From: Fimbriosthenelais zetlandica | Taxonomy: Eukaryota | NCBI GenBank assembly: GCA_977030845.1 | Contig: OZ365109.1 | Coordinates: 13,950,001 to 14,014,000 of the forward strand | Length of the DNA: 64,000 nt | Reading direction: 5' to 3' | Part shown: positions 59,861 to 64,000 of the stretch, one piece after another | Position numbering within the stretch: position 1 is the first letter of the stretch | Layout: every line of letters begins with the position of its first letter | Translations under genes and position numbers: made by a program | The notes under the pieces: model-generated | Database searches by the model: none | The model's input: only the letters and a program-made list of their open reading frames with translations | Told to the model about the DNA's origin: nothing

Positions 59861-62015
59861 CATTAGAAATGGGGAATCGGATAGCGACAATTCGATATAT
59901 CATCAGATGTCATTAGAAATGGGGAATCGGATGGCGACGTATTGGAGAATCGGACCAATTCGCCCCCGCCTTAAGTCTCTTTTGCTTGCATCAGCCAAGG
60001 CAAAGCTGGATGGCATTGAGATATACATGTATCAATATCAATGCCATCTAAGGTATTACCTTAGCAAAGGTCTTATGATTATGGTCTTTGTCCGTGTCAT
60101 CTAAACATCGAACACTGTCTGTCTGAGTCCTGTCAACCTTAATTAAGCGGGAGACTCCTCATCCTTTGCCATCATTTTGCCACAGATGAGAAGCGATAAT
60201 ATCTATGTTGTAGCCATATTCCCCGATCCAAACTCGCCAGACACTATATAGCACAAGGTGATGGATAACCATGTTCCCGCCTTTTAATGGATCTTTTATA
60301 GACACCTTTAAATAGACGATATTCTGGGTTACGTGTAGTGGCCTGGACGATGCGTTGGGCTGACACGGTAAGGAACAAGCTAAGGAGCTTAACCTCCAGC
60401 GTCCCTAATCAATCAGCTATTCAATGTTTTATCAGAATGTACGGAGGAACTATATTTCCAGGGAAAAGTCTCTTACAGAGGGATAATTTCTTTAGTGCTG
60501 ACAAGAGGAAATAAATCATTCAGAGAAAGGCGAAGAAGTGGATGGTAGAAATGAGGAGGGGATGGTAGTCAAAAGCTGCATGCCCTATAATTCTTAAATA
60601 CCAGGGGCCTATTCTTAAGTAAGGTGCACTAACTTAGCTACTGAGCAGTCCATCCTTTCTCCACCATCGCCCCGAAGCTTCCTCGGCAACCTTTCTGCAA
60701 GGAAAATTTAAGATCGGAACATTCCAGATGAACATACACCATTCAGAAAACGTCTTTTTGCATGTGGTTTAATTATCATAAACTAGTATTATCAGAGTCA
60801 TTTCACCTCAATTAATCCAACATTGGTAACAGCATGACCCCCTCAAAAATAAAATGATATTTCACATACATGTGCCCTGACATGTATCATGAAGCTTCGC
60901 AAAGGTTCAGCTCAATATGACCAATAGTTGTAAAGATAATATCACTCTTTACCCCGCTTGGGATGTGTCTGTCTCATATTTTTTGAGTATGTCACCATGC
61001 AGGTTGTCACTTTTTTGGGGACTTGCCTGATGAGTGCACAGCACATTATTGTGAACACTTGCATTAGTATAATGGACAGGTTACAGGGAAATTCTTTCAT
61101 ACTGACAAGGAAGAGCCAGCTGAGTTCCAAGAAAGGATGCATGTGGCGGGGGGCCTGTGTCAAAAGGAATATTAGCAATGATAAGTCTATGGCTAATATT
61201 TGTTTTGAAACAGGCCCCAGAAAGTCCCTCTTTGTCACTTAATACGGTCATGTATTCGAGTTTGAGTGAGTCAAAATCCTTCATGTAGTAGATGTGAACT
61301 TTTTAGAAAATCATTTGCGAGGAAATGTCAAGGTAACTGTAACAAAATATTTGTGTCTGTGTATATCGAGCGGTGATGCTGACCATTTTAACGATGACCT
61401 CCCCCCCCCCCCTCCCCGCAAACAGTGGCAGTGTCACACAATTCAATTGAACACTCGACCCCCAACACCCCAGCAAGTGACATCCTTTATTGACTGCTCC
61501 TTTCATGAACTCATGATCTAAATGATTTCCATGAGAGTGTCAGAACATACTGGTGACAAGGCCTGCTTTAATCGTTTCCAGATAAAGTATAAGGTCTAAA
61601 CATTGTACTGGCTGAATTCCCAGTCAAAAGAACCTTCCGCTCCTTCTCCATCTTTCTATCCCAGCTTTGCTCCGGACTTTTGGGCGATCAATCCTTTATT
61701 ATCCCAAATCTGAGAAGGGAAGGAAAAAGCCCCCATCTGCATCTGAGAGCAGACGGAGGAATCCTCTATTTCCATCTAAAGTATATAGCGCTCATTTAGA
61801 GTCTGTTGCTTCCAGTCGGGTGATCTGAGAGGATTACTGACCACAACTGTACTGCCTGGATCGACGGGAAATATGCCTTTATAGGTATAATCTGAAACAG
61901 CTGCACAGCTTTATTTATAAGGAGTCGCTAAATGTAACGTATCTAGACCCACCACACAATACGTTATACCTTTCCATAGGAATCCTTCAGCATAAGGAGA
62001 TAGCAGGTGGGGATC

Positions 62016-62089
62016 CAGGGGCCTATTACAAAAGAAAAATTCGCAATGTTAAGTCTAAGGTTAATTTTTTGTTTTGAAATGGGCTCCAG
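62016..62089. mobile_element. Mini-MITE family D (about 70 bp, CWG target); representative copy
   Basis: CAG-GGGCCTATTACAAAA...TTTTGAAATGGGCTC-CAG. Other copies at about 8181-8252, 18049-18112, 29909-30051 (tandem pair), 30327-30402, 38410-38476, 44754-44812, 46975-47040, 49834-49953 (pair) and 61148-61220. Confidence 0.8.
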
Positions 62090-62299
62090 GAGTTGGCAAC
62101 TAGGGGGTTGAGTGGTTCAGTCAAATTGGGGGTGGGGGCGAGGGCGTGTGTCGAGTCAAGGTGGGTGGGGTGGGGTCTGTGAAATATAGCTTGTGGTCTT
62201 AAAAGGGATAAAGCTTGGCTTATTACCTGAAATACATTTGGTGAAAAATATGCAATATTTAGCATGTTATTAAAAACACAGTGGCGCCCTCTGGTGAAT

Positions 62300-62430
62300 A
62301 TAGGCGCACAGAGTTAAACTTTTCTCAATTTCGCTCACAAAAATAGTAAAACCTTTGTATACAGTTGCTTTTAATACGAAAATGCCATGACAAAGTAAAT
62401 AGCTTATGTACAAAGCTTTCAGGCCTGAGT
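62300..62430 (+). mobile_element. MITE family C fragment
   Basis: AAAAATAGTAAAACC...GCTTTTAATACGAAAATG...GCTTTCAGGCCTG matches the family C interior. Confidence 0.55.
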
Positions 62431-62675
62431 TGATCCTGAGTCAATGTACTGTAATGTGGGATCGACTTATTCTGAACAGACTGTGGAAGGTTGAATCTGA
62501 CACCTCATTGTCTATAGAGTCTTCTCCTTGAAACACGCCACTAAATGGATCTCTTTCTCTCAGGCATATGTACTGCTACAATAAAACCACTTCCCCTCAT
62601 TTCCTGTGAACAAAAGGGAAAGCCATAAAAAGCTTTAGCTATATAATGTCTTAATATACAATTGATGATACAGGG

Positions 62676-62949
62676 CAGGGGCGGATCAAGCAATTTGATA
62701 AGAGGGGGGGGGGGGGGGGGGCCTACTGAGAAAAAGGGTTAGTGTTATTAAATTGTATATTATATATTGTATATTATTAAGAAATGACAACGAAATGAAG
62801 AAAGAAATCTCCTATAAATAGGACCGTTCAGTACAGAAACCTACACATGATGGATTCAAACTGTCCCACCGACTTTGTTTGGTCATAGTTTTTCCCCAGG
62901 TTTTTTTTATATCTTTTTGGAGTTCGATCCCCCACTCGATCCGCCCCTG
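62676..62949. mobile_element. hAT-like MITE
   Basis: CAGGGGCGGATC ... GATCCGCCCCTG termini with an internal poly-G run; no clear 8-bp TSD. Confidence 0.6.
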
Positions 62950-63580
62950 ACGCAGCTAGGGTATTTCGTTAAGATGGATTTTTTCTAAACACTTGACAGG
63001 AATATTAAGGCGCTATCTAGAGTTTTGAAGTAGCATCAACTTTGGGATCCAGGCAATATCAGTGCTAGCATACTAGACTGCGTCGATCTATTGGCAAAAC
63101 ATTTAGAAAGTCACGATTTCCTTTATTTAATGATTTCCGTCCTACCATTGCGGATTGGTTCAGCATCCCTACCCAACTATTAATAACCCCCATAAAAGGT
63201 AGATTAATCCCTGGAATTTGAATCATAAAAATGCTGGTAACCCCATTAAAAGGACTGACTATTCATTACAAATTGAAACAAATAGTGATTATTGAAGACT
63301 TAAAATAGATCTATCCATGCAGCAATCGCAGAACTTTACAATTCAGAGGACGTGGAAGACCTTTGGACAAGTAGCTCACCAAAGGGTAATTGTTTCGGAG
63401 TAATTTCCTCTTGTCCTGTCCCCGAGGAATTTAAATATAGACCAAGGAATGGCATTGTGAAAAAAATACTTGGGCGCGCGTTAAACTATCGGAAATATTC
63501 AGATAAATATTATCTGCTGTTATAAGTATTCAAATACAAGAGCGATAGCATATTACTACAATTAAAACCAATTGAGGAAG

Positions 63581-63713
63581 TATGTGGAATGAACCTACGA
63601 TCATGGTCCTGTGTGTTCTGCGTCCTTCGTCATAGATCAGAACACTCTACGTTCTTATTTTGAGCATGTTCAAGCAGATTGTAGGGAGATCGTAGCTCAG
63701 TGGGTTCAGGCTA
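63581..63713 (+). mobile_element. MITE family E, 3' part
   Basis: High similarity to 19365-19488. Confidence 0.7.
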
Positions 63714-64000
63714 TTAAGGATCTGTTATTAATGGCATTTTTATCCCCAATACATCATTGTTTTCGAGCCCCTGTGTAATTATTCTGGGCAGATGAATAGC
63801 TCTCTGTCGTAAGTCAGAGCTCAAGAAGTTATTCCCCTCGTTACACCGAATTTAACTCACACCAACATAGGAGAATAACAAGTGTGTCTGAAAGGAAGGC
63901 ATCCATTCATCACTGTATTCTGGACCTCTCTCTTCCTGTCTAATGTCCCCTGCAATGAACTAAATGAAACCTTTTCCCACCGAAGAAGCAGATAGATATT

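Larger units (their letters stand above)
56334..59865 (-). mobile_element. Non-autonomous tyrosine-recombinase retrotransposon (DIRS order, Ngaro/PAT-type split direct repeats), 3532 bp
   Basis: In minus orientation: A1 (59860-59716), gag-like ORF, YR remnant, B1 (57126-56821), A2 (56820-56676), 36-bp spacer, B2 (56639-56334). The A copies (145 bp) and B copies (306 bp) are identical by eye. The element is inserted at CATTA inside a MITE. No RT/RNase H recognised. Confidence 0.85.
56201..59973. mobile_element. MITE family B copy split by the YR retroelement
   Basis: Left half 56201-56338 (TAAGGCGCCCACACACTAATTCGATTCTCC...TTAGATGTCATTA) and right half 59861-59973 (CATTAGAAATGGGGAATCGG...GGAGAATCGG...CGCCTTA) match the intact copies at 4888, 18391 and 41166. 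Confidence 0.8.

Noticed and set aside
56334-59865. LTR retrotransposon or simple tandem duplication
   Set aside because: No TG...CA LTR pair, PBS or PPT. The repeat order is A...B-A-B and a YR-like remnant is present, which fits SDR elements. An assembly artefact is unlikely given the third repeat copy 3 kb away and the cleanly split host MITE, but it is not excluded without reads.
61294-61521. Proline-rich 75-aa ORF
   Set aside because: The poly-Pro comes from a C homopolymer; no flanking exons or homology.

Overview
AT-rich animal genomic DNA, probably a marine invertebrate bilaterian (the lineage cannot be fixed from sequence alone). Gene models were assembled by hand from GT-AG junctions and reading-frame phase. 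(1) ADAMTS-like gene of the ADAMTSL1/3 (punctin/MADD-4) type, + strand, 16 coding exons, 1263-24364, 1194 aa, apparently lacking the spacer domain. (2) RADIL-like gene, + strand, 12 coding exons, 28127-43351, 1772 aa, with an extra afadin-like N-terminal RA domain. (3) A small spliced gene on the - strand (44973-46257, 109 aa, no family recognised) that the ORF track shows only as fragments. (4) An intronless-CDS UDP-glucuronosyltransferase on the - strand (47504-49144). Introns and intergenic DNA are dense in MITEs of several families, some nested, plus a tRNA-derived SINE. The most striking mobile element is a 3.5-kb tyrosine-recombinase retrotransposon derivative (56334-59865, - strand). 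It has split direct repeats (A1-ORFs-B1-A2-B2) that are identical by eye, decayed coding content with no recognisable RT/RNase H, a 5-bp CATTA core shared with its target, and an unexpected short segment complementary to its own terminal junction. No database searches were possible, so all family calls rest on recalled conserved motifs.
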